Shown here piece after piece: positions 29,900-39,429 of a stretch of DNA of 64,000 nt. How positions within the stretch are numbered: the first letter of the stretch is position 1; each line of letters begins with the position of its first letter. This DNA is from Actinomycetes bacterium (lineage in GTDB: Bacteria > Actinomycetota > Acidimicrobiia > Acidimicrobiales > Ilumatobacteraceae): positions 7,518 to 71,517 of the forward strand of contig BJGF01000001.1 of the NCBI GenBank assembly GCA_014190295.1, in the 5' to 3' direction. A model generated the notes under the pieces. The model was not told where the DNA came from, ran no database searches, and saw only the letters and a program-made list of their open reading frames with translations. The translations under genes and the position numbers were made by a program.

Positions 29900-32800
29900 C
29901 TAGCTCGAGCGCCAGTGATCGGCCATCTCACTGATTGGCAAAATCAACAAGTCAGCCACTGGTACCTCGGCTAGACGATCTTCTCGAAATGATCCTTCGG
30001 TTTCTGTCACCCAGTCGACGAGTCGGTCATAACGACGGTCATACCCCTGCAAAACTGCGCGCATCGCAGTTGCGACAAGTCGATCATGAAACATCACATG
30101 CAAAAGTGTGATGCCGGTTGTTTCTCCACTTTTTGTTTCTGGAACCATGATCACCGTGCGATTATCGCTGCGTCCTCGCGCCACGAGAACTTCTTGATCA
30201 CTTGCAACACGACGCTTTGTACCAACAAGATGCGAATTGCGGTCGACTCGTGAAGCAAGATTCTTTGACATTCCACCGCGATCCACGATCGTGATCGTTG
30301 CTGTGTTGCCGGCGATGTCGCCTTCAATTTGGTATCGAGTAAAACCGGTCACAGAACTTACTGCGGCATCAAGATCGGCAACTATTTTTAGCACGCGATA
30401 TGACAAGCGTTCACGTGCAACCCCGGCCTCAAGCAAAGCCTTGACCAATGGTCGATCAAATAGTCCTTCGTCGCTACGCGAAATACCAACCGTCACGGTT
30501 TTGGCTTGATGCTTAATTGCATCAACAGGACGAGTTAATTCGTCGACACCACGAGTTAGCGCGCTAGTCAAATCATCGAGCAACAACTCTGGCGATGCGA
30601 TCTTTCCGGATGTGCGCTGATACGCCTGTACTGGATCGCTTGAAAGCGTGTCACGCAACATTGTCACGATACGCACTGCAGTGCTGGCTTCGAGATTGCC
30701 GTCATAATTGCCGGTTGCCAATGCATCGGTGAACCTTGTCGCTGGCACGCCCAGTTCGGCACGAATTTTGGTCAGCAATGTGTTTGCATCGCCACCCCGC
30801 TCGACTGCATGTTCGATTACTTCGCGCGCTTCACGCAACGGACGTGCGAGTGCATCGATTGCCAATGCCGCCTCGTAGCCGAACAAATGTCCGACCATCA
30901 CGCTCAAAATAAAAGCAAGACTCGACTCGACATTTGGCACCAGCAACACGGCTGCTGCTGCATCAAATCGATGCTGACCAGCCGTGGCCACAACAATCGG
31001 CAATGCTTTATGTGCCCGGTAGATCGCGATCTCTTTAGCCACATCCGATGCTGTGCCTTCAAGCAAGCCAGACGCACAAACAAAAATTAATGGTTCACAC
31101 GAAAGATCGATGTGTTTTTTGTCTTCGGTTGTATCGCTTGAAATAGATTTATAGCAAAGTTCAGATAATTTTATTCGCACTTCTTGGGCAGCAATTGTGT
31201 TCATTCCGTTACCAACAACTGTCCAATATCGGCGCGCAGATGCAAACTGCCGAGCAGCAGCGGCAATTGCCGGCCGCGTCGCAAGAACTTCGACCAACGC
31301 AGCAGGAATCGTGCGCAACCCGGCAAGCAACTCATGCCGAGCTTTGTCAGTTGATTTGTCAGTTGATTTGTCAGTTGATTTGCTCAGGGCACTCGACAAC
31401 GCACATGCATACAATGCCCCAGCCGCGACTTGTGCGTAAAACGCCTTGGTGCTGGCAACACTCATCTCAACATCACGACCATCAGATGTATACATCACAC
31501 CATCGGCTTTTATTGAGAGTTCTGTGCCACGACGATTTACGATCGCCAAAACACTTGCACCACGCGCACGAGCAAGATCTACGGTGCGGTTCGTGTCTGT
31601 TGTCGTGCCACTCTGACTGATTGCAACAAGCAAAGTGTCACTCATATCGAGCGACAACTCAAAACCAGAAAGTTCACTTGCCGGTAGGGCTTCAACATTC
31701 AAATGAGTATCCACGAGTTTTTTAAGAAGTCGCGCCAACGCCTGGCCCGCAATAGCAGCCGTACCTTGCCCGATTACGCGAACTTTGGTGATTGATCCAG
31801 ACGCAAGACGATCACGCACAGATTTTGGCAGAACTGATTCTCCAAGTTCAGCAACTAGTAGACCGTCTTTTTCGACAATTCGACCACGCAGTGTTTTGCT
31901 GAAACTTTGCGGTGCTTCAGAAATCTCTTTTGCCAAAAAATGCTTGTGTTCGCCGCGGTTTATGTCGCGAGTCGTAATTTCGGCCGTCAAAACATCACTT
32001 GCGCTGAGCGCGATCTTGCTGCCGTCATATGACTGCAAGATAATTCCGTCAAGTTCACCCGCACGAGCGACGGACAAAGTTGCAACTTGTCCACGGCTCG
32101 ACGGATTATTCGGGTCGCCGAGCGCCTCGCCATCCATTCGCACATAGTTGAGCGTCTCTTCAACAACTCCATAAGGTTCACTGGCTACGAGGTATCGATC
32201 TTCGGCAAGACCGATGCTCAGTCCTTGTCCGCTGCCATGCAATGCAAGCAAAAGTTTTTCTGGTTCGTTGGCGCTCGCCGCAGCAATCGCCACTGATCCT
32301 TCAAATCGTGAAACGGTTTCGCGAAATGCATCGCTCAGCGAAGCAGTCGTTTCTAACCGACGTGAAATCAAGGCTGGAATTACCTTTGCATCAGTTGTAA
32401 TTGGACCAGCGACTCGCAAATTATTTTGGGCACGAAGATCGGCATGATTATCCACATCGCCATTTAATGCAGCCACCAAATAAGCATCAGAGTGTTTGCG
32501 CTCAAGTTCTTCGCTATTGACTGGGTGGGCGTTTGGTTCAGAGATAATGCCGACACTCGCCCACCTGGTGTGTGCAAGCACTGCAACTTGTGAATTTGGT
32601 TGAGAAATAACTAGACGCAACAAGTCGTCTGCCAATACTGCATTGCGCATTACTCGAGTGTTGTCGCCAAGTTCGCCGATTTCTGCAGCCGCTTTATAAA
32701 CGAATGACCAAGCATTGTCTGTTATTCGAACTGCGCCAGACATAAACAACGAATCTTCACTTCGGTTCGCCAACAATGTCTTGACGTTTTTGTCTGCGGC

Positions 32801-33331
32801 TTTTAATCCGTGACCCCAAACCAAAACATGTACACCTGCCGAATCTCGACCGCGAACCTCGAGCCGATCCAAACCAGAGAACGCTTGCTGAATCGAAAAA
32901 TATCCACTGCGAGCAGTATTTGAAGCGCCTTGTCCAGCCAGCGCGTCGACAAGTCGGGCCGTGCGGATGCGATCATTGCGCAACTCCCAAAGAGCATCTT
33001 TAGCGCTGATAATTTCTTGCAACGCAAGTTCTGAAAGTGCTGTCTGAACTTGTGCTGAGTGCTCAATAGTGTCTTCATAACCAATAATGACTGCGTCCAA
33101 TTGGTCGAGGCGCGAAGTCATCGCAGCGATCAACTGATGATTATCGGCTAAACAAAACTGGCCGGCATCGCCCCGCAAAAGAGCGTCGGCTCGGGTCACC
33201 AATTTCGCAAGTTCATCAATCTTGTTCTTTGAGCCTGCAACTATTGCAAGGTCCAATAGATCCAGAATCTCTTTTGAAGTCGGGGTCGCTCGTCGCGTCG
33301 GCCGACTGAGCACGCAGATAATTCCGCACAT
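29900..33331 (-). CDS. glmS: glutamine--fructose-6-phosphate aminotransferase-like protein, double length (1143 aa) with three extra modules
   Basis: Ntn start MCGI. GATase-2 motifs LEVRGRDSAG, HTRWAS, LNGDVDNH and TTDAKV. SIS motifs ISQSGTTTDT and STKAF, IKLSE...DKKH (aligns to the E. coli K485/E488/H504 region), and AKTVTV (aligns to the K603 tail). Sits between glmM and acpS, where glmS lies in actinobacterial synteny. Confidence 0.85.
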   Translation of the reverse strand: MCGIICVLSRPTRRATPTSKEILDLLDLAIVAGSKNKIDELAKLVTRADALLRGDAGQFCLADNHQLIAAMTSRLDQLDAVIIGYEDTIEHSAQVQTALSELALQEIISAKDALWELRNDRIRTARLVDALAGQGASNTARSGYFSIQQAFSGLDRLEVRGRDSAGVHVLVWGHGLKAADKNVKTLLANRSEDSLFMSGAVRITDNAWSFVYKAAAEIGELGDNTRVMRNAVLADDLLRLVISQPNSQVAVLAHTRWASVGIISEPNAHPVNSEELERKHSDAYLVAALNGDVDNHADLRAQNNLRVAGPITTDAKVIPALISRRLETTASLSDAFRETVSRFEGSVAIAAASANEPEKLLLALHGSGQGLSIGLAEDRYLVASEPYGVVEETLNYVRMDGEALGDPNNPSSRGQVATLSVARAGELDGIILQSYDGSKIALSASDVLTAEITTRDINRGEHKHFLAKEISEAPQSFSKTLRGRIVEKDGLLVAELGESVLPKSVRDRLASGSITKVRVIGQGTAAIAGQALARLLKKLVDTHLNVEALPASELSGFELSLDMSDTLLVAISQSGTTTDTNRTVDLARARGASVLAIVNRRGTELSIKADGVMYTSDGRDVEMSVASTKAFYAQVAAGALYACALSSALSKSTDKSTDKSTDKARHELLAGLRTIPAALVEVLATRPAIAAAARQFASARRYWTVVGNGMNTIAAQEVRIKLSELCYKSISSDTTEDKKHIDLSCEPLIFVCASGLLEGTASDVAKEIAIYRAHKALPIVVATAGQHRFDAAAAVLLVPNVESSLAFILSVMVGHLFGYEAALAIDALARPLREAREVIEHAVERGGDANTLLTKIRAELGVPATRFTDALATGNYDGNLEASTAVRIVTMLRDTLSSDPVQAYQRTSGKIASPELLLDDLTSALTRGVDELTRPVDAIKHQAKTVTVGISRSDEGLFDRPLVKALLEAGVARERLSYRVLKIVADLDAAVSSVTGFTRYQIEGDIAGNTATITIVDRGGMSKNLASRVDRNSHLVGTKRRVASDQEVLVARGRSDNRTVIMVPETKSGETTGITLLHVMFHDRLVATAMRAVLQGYDRRYDRLVDWVTETEGSFREDRLAEVPVADLLILPISEMADHWRSS
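31344..31391 (-). repeat. in-frame 12-nt tandem repeat inside the glmS-like gene
   Basis: TTTGTCAGTTGA appears as three perfect copies plus a degenerate fourth. It encodes KSTDKSTDKSTDKA. Confidence 0.9.
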
Positions 33332-33353
33332 GGGTTCTAGTCTACTTTCGCGA

Positions 33354-34676
33354 TTAACTCAGACGGGCGGTAATCGCATTGGCAAGCGTGGTTGCAACAG
33401 ACTCTGCAATTTCGTGTTGCGATGCTTCAACCATCACGCGCACTACTGGTTCGGTGCCACTCGGGCGAACAAGTACCCTTCCATTATCAGCCAAAGTTTT
33501 TTCTGCCTGTAAAATTTCTTCAGAAAAAATCTGTTCAATATTTTTAGTGCGCTTAGCGACACGCACGTTGATCAATACTTGTGGAAAGCTGGTCATTGCG
33601 TCACTGGCTATCTGATTTAAAGTCTGTCCAGAATTTGCGACCAATACAGCCAGTCGTATCGCAGCAAGCAAGCCGTCGCCCGTCGTTGCGACGTCGTGAT
33701 AAATAATGTGTCCACTTTGTTCGCCACCTAACGAAAGATCGTTGTCTTTAATCGCTGCGAGTATCGATCGGTCTCCGACAGGGGTTGTGATCACTTCGAT
33801 CGCTGCCTGTGTCATCGCTCGGTGAAACCCAATATTCGTCATCACGGTCACAGCAACTTTGTTGTTGCGCAGTGTGCCGTTGCGTTTCATTTCTCGTGCA
33901 CTGATCGCTAACAGGTGATCACCATCAACTATTGATCCGGTGTTGTCAATTGCGATTAATCGATCGCCATCACCGTCAAAAGCGATGCCTGCATGTGCTT
34001 TTACATTTTTGACGACTTCACTCAGCGTCGCTGGATTTGTTGCGCCACACTCGTGATTAATATTTTGCCCGTTCGGAGCCGCATGAATTGTCGACACCGT
34101 TGCACCAAGTGCACCAAACACATCTGGGGCGACATTGCTTAATGCCCCATTGGCGCAATCTAAGGCAATGTGAAGTTTCGATAAAGCATTTTTTGGCACG
34201 GTTGCAATTAACGCGGCGCAATACTTTTCGAGATATTCCGGATGTGATGTACCCCGATTTGCAACTGCTGAACCGGCTGTTACTTTGGCTAGTTCACCGG
34301 CGATTTCGGCTTCAATTCGAGATTCTTCGTCGTCAGAAAGTTTGCGTCCACCGTTGCCGAAAATCTTTACACCGTTATCTGTATATATGTTGTGCGAAGC
34401 AGTAATCGCGAACGCGACAAGGTCACCTGTTGCCGCAGCGTGGGCAATTGCAGGCGTTGGCGCGACTCCCATTAAATGAACTTCAACGCCGATTTGAGTC
34501 AACGACTCGGCAATGGCAACTTCAAGCGCAAGTCCGGACTCGCGAGTATCTCGACCGATAACGACGAGTCGACATTGCAATACTTTGGCTGCTGCGCGCG
34601 CAAGTGCGGCGACATAACTAGTCGTTAGTTCAGTGCCAAATTCGCCACGAACTCCGTCGGTTCCAAATTTCAACAT
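33354..34676 (-). CDS. glmM: phosphoglucosamine mutase
   Basis: MLKFGTDGVRGE start at the internal ATG at 34676, phosphoserine loop TASHN, and GDGDR metal site. Confidence 0.95.
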   Translation of the reverse strand: MLKFGTDGVRGEFGTELTTSYVAALARAAAKVLQCRLVVIGRDTRESGLALEVAIAESLTQIGVEVHLMGVAPTPAIAHAAATGDLVAFAITASHNIYTDNGVKIFGNGGRKLSDDEESRIEAEIAGELAKVTAGSAVANRGTSHPEYLEKYCAALIATVPKNALSKLHIALDCANGALSNVAPDVFGALGATVSTIHAAPNGQNINHECGATNPATLSEVVKNVKAHAGIAFDGDGDRLIAIDNTGSIVDGDHLLAISAREMKRNGTLRNNKVAVTVMTNIGFHRAMTQAAIEVITTPVGDRSILAAIKDNDLSLGGEQSGHIIYHDVATTGDGLLAAIRLAVLVANSGQTLNQIASDAMTSFPQVLINVRVAKRTKNIEQIFSEEILQAEKTLADNGRVLVRPSGTEPVVRVMVEASQHEIAESVATTLANAITARLS

Positions 34677-34757
34677 TTGATTACCCGCTGTTTCTAGCAC
34701 GCAAAACTAAAACTCGGTTCGCTCGCACGGCATAAACCATGCTGTTTGAAAAGTAAA

Positions 34758-35153
34758 TTAACGCTTGGTGTACTGCGGCGCCTTGCGCGCCTTTTTGAGA
34801 CCGTACTTCTTGCTCTCTTTACGACGTGAGTCGCGTGTGAGTAATCCGGCTTTCTTCAATGCAAGTCGTTGTTCTGGATCAATCTCTACGAGTGCGCGAG
34901 CAATCGCCATGCGCAATGCACCAGATTGCCCAGCGATTCCGCCGCCGATAATGTCGGCATCAATGTCGTAGATGCCAACCATGTTGGTTACACGCAATGC
35001 TTCTGTCGAAGAGTTACGTTGTACTTCAGACGGAAAATATTCTTCAAAAACACGATCGTTAATTTTTACGATGCCGGTTCCTGGTCGCAAACGTGCGCGA
35101 CAAATTGCATGCTTACGACGACCTGTTGTTTGAGTTAGTGGTTTTGTTCCCAC
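34758..35153 (-). CDS. rpsI: 30S ribosomal protein S9
   Basis: 131 aa with GGGIAGQSGALRMAIARAL and the terminal KR tail. Follows rplM. Confidence 0.95.
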   Translation of the reverse strand: MGTKPLTQTTGRRKHAICRARLRPGTGIVKINDRVFEEYFPSEVQRNSSTEALRVTNMVGIYDIDADIIGGGIAGQSGALRMAIARALVEIDPEQRLALKKAGLLTRDSRRKESKKYGLKKARKAPQYTKR

Positions 35154-35183
35154 GAGTTTGTCCTTTGTTCTCTATTGCCCGGC

Positions 35184-35630
35184 TCAGCGAGCCTTGGCGT
35201 GCGGAAGCTCAAGCACTTTTGGTGATTGTGCTGCGTGCGGATGTTCTGCACCTGGATAAACCTGTAACTTTTTCAACATCTCGCGACCGAGTGTTCCTTT
35301 TGGCAACATTCCGCGAATCGAACGACGGATTGCATCACCAGGTTTACGATCTAAAAGATGTCCGTATGTTTCTGACTTCAAACCACCTGGGTAACCGGAG
35401 TAGTCATAGACCATTTCGCGATCGGCTTTGCCCGAAGTAAGAACGATTTTTGATGCGTTGATAATTACAACATGATCGCCAGTGTCCATGCTTGGTGTGT
35501 ACATCGGTTTGTGTTTGCCACGAAGCAAAGTTGCGGTCTCTGTGCAAAGACGGCCGAGCACGAGTCCTTCGGCATCGATCAAATGCCAGGCGCGCTGAAC
35601 GTCACTTGGTTTTGCAGAATATGTACGCAT
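35184..35630 (-). CDS. rplM: 50S ribosomal protein L13
   Basis: Start at the internal ATG at 35630 (MRTYSAKPSDVQRAWHLIDA). GDHVVIINA motif. Confidence 0.95.
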   Translation of the reverse strand: MRTYSAKPSDVQRAWHLIDAEGLVLGRLCTETATLLRGKHKPMYTPSMDTGDHVVIINASKIVLTSGKADREMVYDYSGYPGGLKSETYGHLLDRKPGDAIRRSIRGMLPKGTLGREMLKKLQVYPGAEHPHAAQSPKVLELPHAKAR

Positions 35631-35753
35631 GAAAAGTTCCTTGAGATCTAGAATTAGCAACCGTCAGAGAGCGCTTCGCACTCGTTTTAACGGCCTCGTA
35701 ATGATAGGGCCGAAACCAGCCGAATCACAATCGGCCCAACGAAAATATGGTCT

Positions 35754-36593
35754 TTAGGTAGTTTTTTGGCTAACCACGGGCTCGATATTCGGATAACCCA
35801 CTTCGACTAAACACAACCCTTGTGGCGGGGCTAATTGTGAAGCCTCGGCCCGATCACCCGATCGGATCAGCGTCATCATGTCGCTGCTCGGACGCTTGTG
35901 AGTGCCAATTTCGATGAATGTGCCGACTAGCGACCTGACCATCTGATGACAAAAAGCATTGGCCCGAATATCAAATGTAAAGATTCCATCACCCTGATTA
36001 CGCCAAGTTGCTTGCATCACACAACGCTTCAACGAAATTTCACGCGCTCCTGACACTGACACCTCTGGGTCTTCTAGATCTGGGTCTTCAAGATCGGGTT
36101 CAAGATCGGGCTTTGGTCGACGACAAAAAGCAGAGAAATCTCGCGTACCAATTATCGGATCGCAAGCCAACTGCATTGCACGCAAATTGATCGGCGCAAT
36201 GACATGCCAAGCCGTCGCCACCAAAAATGGATCCGGATACTCGGCGTTGTAAACCGTGTATTGATAATGACGCCAAATTGCCGAGAACCGAGCGTGAAAA
36301 TCATCCTTGGCCCATGTTGCTTCTCGAACAACAATTTCGGGCCCACACAAAGCATTGAGTTGCTTTTGCAACACCACGAGATCGACATGATCATGCAAAT
36401 CACAACTAACTACTTGACCTTTGGCGTGTACTCCTGTGTCGGTGCGACCTGCCGAAACAACTGGCACGGGTTCTTGAAAGATTTGTTGCAGTGCGCCACC
36501 AAGTGCGCCGGCAATTGTCGCGACACCAGGATTAATCGCAAAGCCATGAAACGACTCGCCGTTATATGCAACGACTAATCGTGCGCGACGCAT
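35754..36593 (-). CDS. truA: tRNA pseudouridine(38-40) synthase
   Basis: 279 aa with the catalytic-Asp motif SAGRTDTGVHA, and FCHQMVR. Confidence 0.9.
   Translation of the reverse strand: MRRARLVVAYNGESFHGFAINPGVATIAGALGGALQQIFQEPVPVVSAGRTDTGVHAKGQVVSCDLHDHVDLVVLQKQLNALCGPEIVVREATWAKDDFHARFSAIWRHYQYTVYNAEYPDPFLVATAWHVIAPINLRAMQLACDPIIGTRDFSAFCRRPKPDLEPDLEDPDLEDPEVSVSGAREISLKRCVMQATWRNQGDGIFTFDIRANAFCHQMVRSLVGTFIEIGTHKRPSSDMMTLIRSGDRAEASQLAPPQGLCLVEVGYPNIEPVVSQKTT
36064..36113 (-). repeat. in-frame 15/12-nt tandem repeats inside truA
   Basis: The units are TCTGGGTCTTCTAGA, TCTGGGTCTTCAAGA, TCGGGTTCAAGA and TCGGGCTTTGG. They encode PDLEPDLEDPDLEDPE. Confidence 0.85.
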
Positions 36594-36619
36594 CGTCAGT
36601 GATGCAGGGTTAGTTCGAA

Positions 36620-36991
36620 CTAAATAAGTTCGATGCGCGCCATTGGGGCATTGTCACCGTGGCGTGGGCCGAGCTTCAAAATTCGAAGGTAGCCACCATT
36701 GCGCTCTGTGTAACGAGGCGCAACGACATTGACAAGTTTGTTCGTCATTTCTTTATCGCGCAGGTAACTCTGAATCTGACGAATGCGATGAACGCGCATT
36801 GGGCTCGTACCTTGAGCTTTTTTTGCTTTCGTGATTAATTTTTCGGCGATTGGACGAAGAGCTTTTGCTTTTGTCTCTGTCGTTACGATGCCTTCAGCAG
36901 CGAACAACGATGAAGCAAGGTTTGCCATCATCAATCTTTCGTGCGACGAGCTACCACCAAAACTAGGTCCGCGGCGTGGTCTTCCTGGCAT
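36620..36991 (-). CDS. rplQ: 50S ribosomal protein L17
   Basis: 123 aa with typical L17 sequence (LFAAEGIVTTETKAKALRPIAEKLITKAK). Follows rpoA. Confidence 0.95.
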   Translation of the reverse strand: MPGRPRRGPSFGGSSSHERLMMANLASSLFAAEGIVTTETKAKALRPIAEKLITKAKKAQGTSPMRVHRIRQIQSYLRDKEMTNKLVNVVAPRYTERNGGYLRILKLGPRHGDNAPMARIELI

Positions 36992-37052
36992 ATTGAATCG
37001 TCTCCTTAATTAATAAAGTTCTGTTGATCGCTCAGCTAAAAATCTCGTGCGC

Positions 37053-37985
37053 TCAGATGCGCAACGAGAGTCCTCGCTCATCGAGTTTTTGTTTGATTTC
37101 ATCCAGGCTCTTCTGACCGAAGTTTGTGATGTTCATCAAGTCTTCTTCTGAACGAGTAAGCAACTCGCCGATCGTGTTGACCTGACCGCGCTTTAAGCAG
37201 TTGCGAGGACGCTCTGAAAGATCAAGGTCTTCGATTGGCATGTCAAGATCGCCCGAACCACTTGAATAACCTACGACTTCACCAAGTTCAAGAGCCATCG
37301 GCTCTGCAGTGAGGTTGGCAACAAGGTCTACGAGTGAACGCAATGTTGCACCAGCCGATGCAAGCGAGTCAATCGGAGTGATTGAACCGTCTGTCTCGAT
37401 GTCGATAACAAGGTTGTCGTAGTTGGTTGACTGCTCAACACGAGTTGGCTCAACTTCGAAAGTTACGCGACGCACTGGCGAGAAAATTGCGTCAATCGGA
37501 ATGATTCCGATTGTCTTGCGTGCACCGTCGCGGTCAGATGACATATATCCCTTGCCGCGCTCAACTGTCAGGTCAAACACGAGCTTGCCCTTTGCTGAGA
37601 GTGTGGCAATTTTCTGTGACTTGTTGAGAATTTCAACATCTGGCGGACATTGAATGTCGCCTGCTGTGAGTTCCATCGGGCCTCTTACGTCTACTGAAAG
37701 AATAATTGGTTCATCTGATGTAGAGACAAGAACGATGTCTTTTAAGTTAAGAATGATTTCGGTGACGTCTTGCGAGACACCCTCAATTGTGTCGAACTCG
37801 TGCAAAGCCGATTCGAACTTCACGGATGTGATTGCTGCACCAGGAATAGATGACAACAACATTCGGCGCAACGAATTGCCGATTGTGTGGCCAAGACCTG
37901 GCTCTAGTGGACCAACCGAAAACTTTTGACGGTTGTTTGCTGGCGAGCCGATTGGTTCGACTGTTGGGCGCTGGATTACAAGCAT
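37053..37985 (-). CDS. rpoA: DNA-directed RNA polymerase alpha subunit
   Basis: 310 aa. N-terminal domain has GHTIGNSLRRMLLSSIPGAA. C-terminal domain has LDLSERPRNCLKR...IGEL. Confidence 0.96.
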   Translation of the reverse strand: MLVIQRPTVEPIGSPANNRQKFSVGPLEPGLGHTIGNSLRRMLLSSIPGAAITSVKFESALHEFDTIEGVSQDVTEIILNLKDIVLVSTSDEPIILSVDVRGPMELTAGDIQCPPDVEILNKSQKIATLSAKGKLVFDLTVERGKGYMSSDRDGARKTIGIIPIDAIFSPVRRVTFEVEPTRVEQSTNYDNLVIDIETDGSITPIDSLASAGATLRSLVDLVANLTAEPMALELGEVVGYSSGSGDLDMPIEDLDLSERPRNCLKRGQVNTIGELLTRSEEDLMNITNFGQKSLDEIKQKLDERGLSLRI

Positions 37986-38015
37986 GATTTCTCCTCAGAC
38001 CATTCTTATTGGGGA

Positions 38016-38633
38016 TTACTTTGAATAAAGCTCAACTATTAATTGTTCACGTACTGGTACATCAATTTGCTCTCGCACTGGCAACTCGCGAACGGTAACC
38101 TGCTTGCCTGCATCTTCGAGGTCGAGCCAGCCAACCATTTTGCGACCAAGCGTGTCGATGTTGTGCTGAATGACGATCATATTGCTGCCCTTTTCTGACA
38201 GTGTCACGACCTCACCTTTTTGCAATGTGTACGACGCAATGTCAACTCGCTTGCCATCAACTTTTACAAGTCCATGACTAACGAACTGACGAGCCTGAGG
38301 GCGAGATGCAGCCCAACCAGCGCGGTAAACAACATTGTCGAGACGCAATTCAAGAAGACGCAACAAGTTTTCGCCTGTTGGGCCCGTCAAACGCACCGAC
38401 TTCTCGTAGAGGTTGCGAAATTGACGCTCAAGCAAACCATAGATGTATTTTGCTTTTTGCTTCTCTTGTAACTGAGCAAGGTATTCACTGCCGGCGCCCT
38501 TACGACGTGAACGACCGTGGTGACCTGGTGGAAATGGACGACGCTCAAGAGCCTTTGAGCCCTTTGTATTTTCAAAAACGTTGATACCAAGACGACGCGA
38601 GATACGAACTTTTGGACCGGTGTAACGAGCCAT
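38016..38633 (-). CDS. rpsD: 30S ribosomal protein S4
   Basis: MARYTGPKVRISRRLG start, plus an S4 RNA-binding domain. Confidence 0.96.
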   Translation of the reverse strand: MARYTGPKVRISRRLGINVFENTKGSKALERRPFPPGHHGRSRRKGAGSEYLAQLQEKQKAKYIYGLLERQFRNLYEKSVRLTGPTGENLLRLLELRLDNVVYRAGWAASRPQARQFVSHGLVKVDGKRVDIASYTLQKGEVVTLSEKGSNMIVIQHNIDTLGRKMVGWLDLEDAGKQVTVRELPVREQIDVPVREQLIVELYSK

Positions 38634-38636
38634 GAG

Positions 38637-39032
38637 TTATGGCCTCTTTCTCTTTGGCGCAAGACAGCCGTTATGTGGAACCGGAGAAACATCTTTGATT
38701 CCAGAAACTTCAATGCCAAGGTTTTGGATTTGACGCAACGCCGTGTCGCGACCAGAGCCCGGACCTTTTACATAAACTTCTGCGCGACGAAGACCAAGTT
38801 CCATTGCGGCGCGACCAGCTTTTTCTGCTGCCATTTGTGCAGCGAACGGAGTCGACTTGCGTGAACCACTAAAGCCAACACCACCAGAAGATGCCCACGC
38901 GATTACGTTGCCCTCTGTGTCGGTAATTGAAACAATCGTGTTATTGAATGAACTCTTGATGTGCACAATGCCCGTTGAGACGTTGCGTCGCTCGCGCTTA
39001 CGCTTGCGAGTTTTTGGTTTTGGATCAGCCAT
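38637..39032 (-). CDS. rpsK: 30S ribosomal protein S11
   Basis: 131 aa with [18 protein letters not shown] and KGPGSGRD. Confidence 0.96.
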   Translation of the reverse strand: MADPKPKTRKRKRERRNVSTGIVHIKSSFNNTIVSITDTEGNVIAWASSGGVGFSGSRKSTPFAAQMAAEKAGRAAMELGLRRAEVYVKGPGSGRDTALRQIQNLGIEVSGIKDVSPVPHNGCLAPKRKRP

Positions 39033-39034
39033 GG

Positions 39035-39415
39035 TTACTTCCTCACTGCCATCTTCTTGTTAGCGACCGTCTTCTTCGGGCCCTTTCGTGTGCGCGCATT
39101 TGTGTGTGTGCGCTGACCACGAACTGGAAGACCCTTGCGATGACGAGTGCCTTGGTATGAACCAATTTCAATTTTGCGTTTGATGTCTTGCTGAACATTT
39201 CGACGACGATCACCTTCGACGCTGAGGTTGTTCTCAATAAACATACGAATCTTGTTGACTTCAGAATCAGTTAGATCGCGCACACGAGTGTCCGGGCTGA
39301 TGCCAGTTTCGCTGCAAAGTTTTTTCGCGGTTACGCGACCAATACCAAAGATGTAGGTAAGCCCAATCTCGAGGCGCTTCTCGCGCGGAATGTCGACTCC
39401 TGAAATACGTGCCAT
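39035..39415 (-). CDS. rpsM: 30S ribosomal protein S13
   Basis: [14 protein letters not shown] start and a basic C-terminal tail. Confidence 0.96.
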   Translation of the reverse strand: MARISGVDIPREKRLEIGLTYIFGIGRVTAKKLCSETGISPDTRVRDLTDSEVNKIRMFIENNLSVEGDRRRNVQQDIKRKIEIGSYQGTRHRKGLPVRGQRTHTNARTRKGPKKTVANKKMAVRK

Positions 39416-39429
39416 CTTGTCTCTCTCGC

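Noticed and set aside
31344-31391. Tandem repeats here and at 23757-23790, 36064-36113 and 57801-57862, considered as CRISPR or a mobile-element signature.
   Set aside because: The units are 12-15 nt, contiguous with no spacers, in frame inside genes, and there are no cas genes. They are coding microsatellites.
33332-33353. A possible glmS ribozyme upstream of the glmS-like gene.
   Set aside because: Only 22 nt separate it from the glmM stop, which is far too short for the ribozyme.
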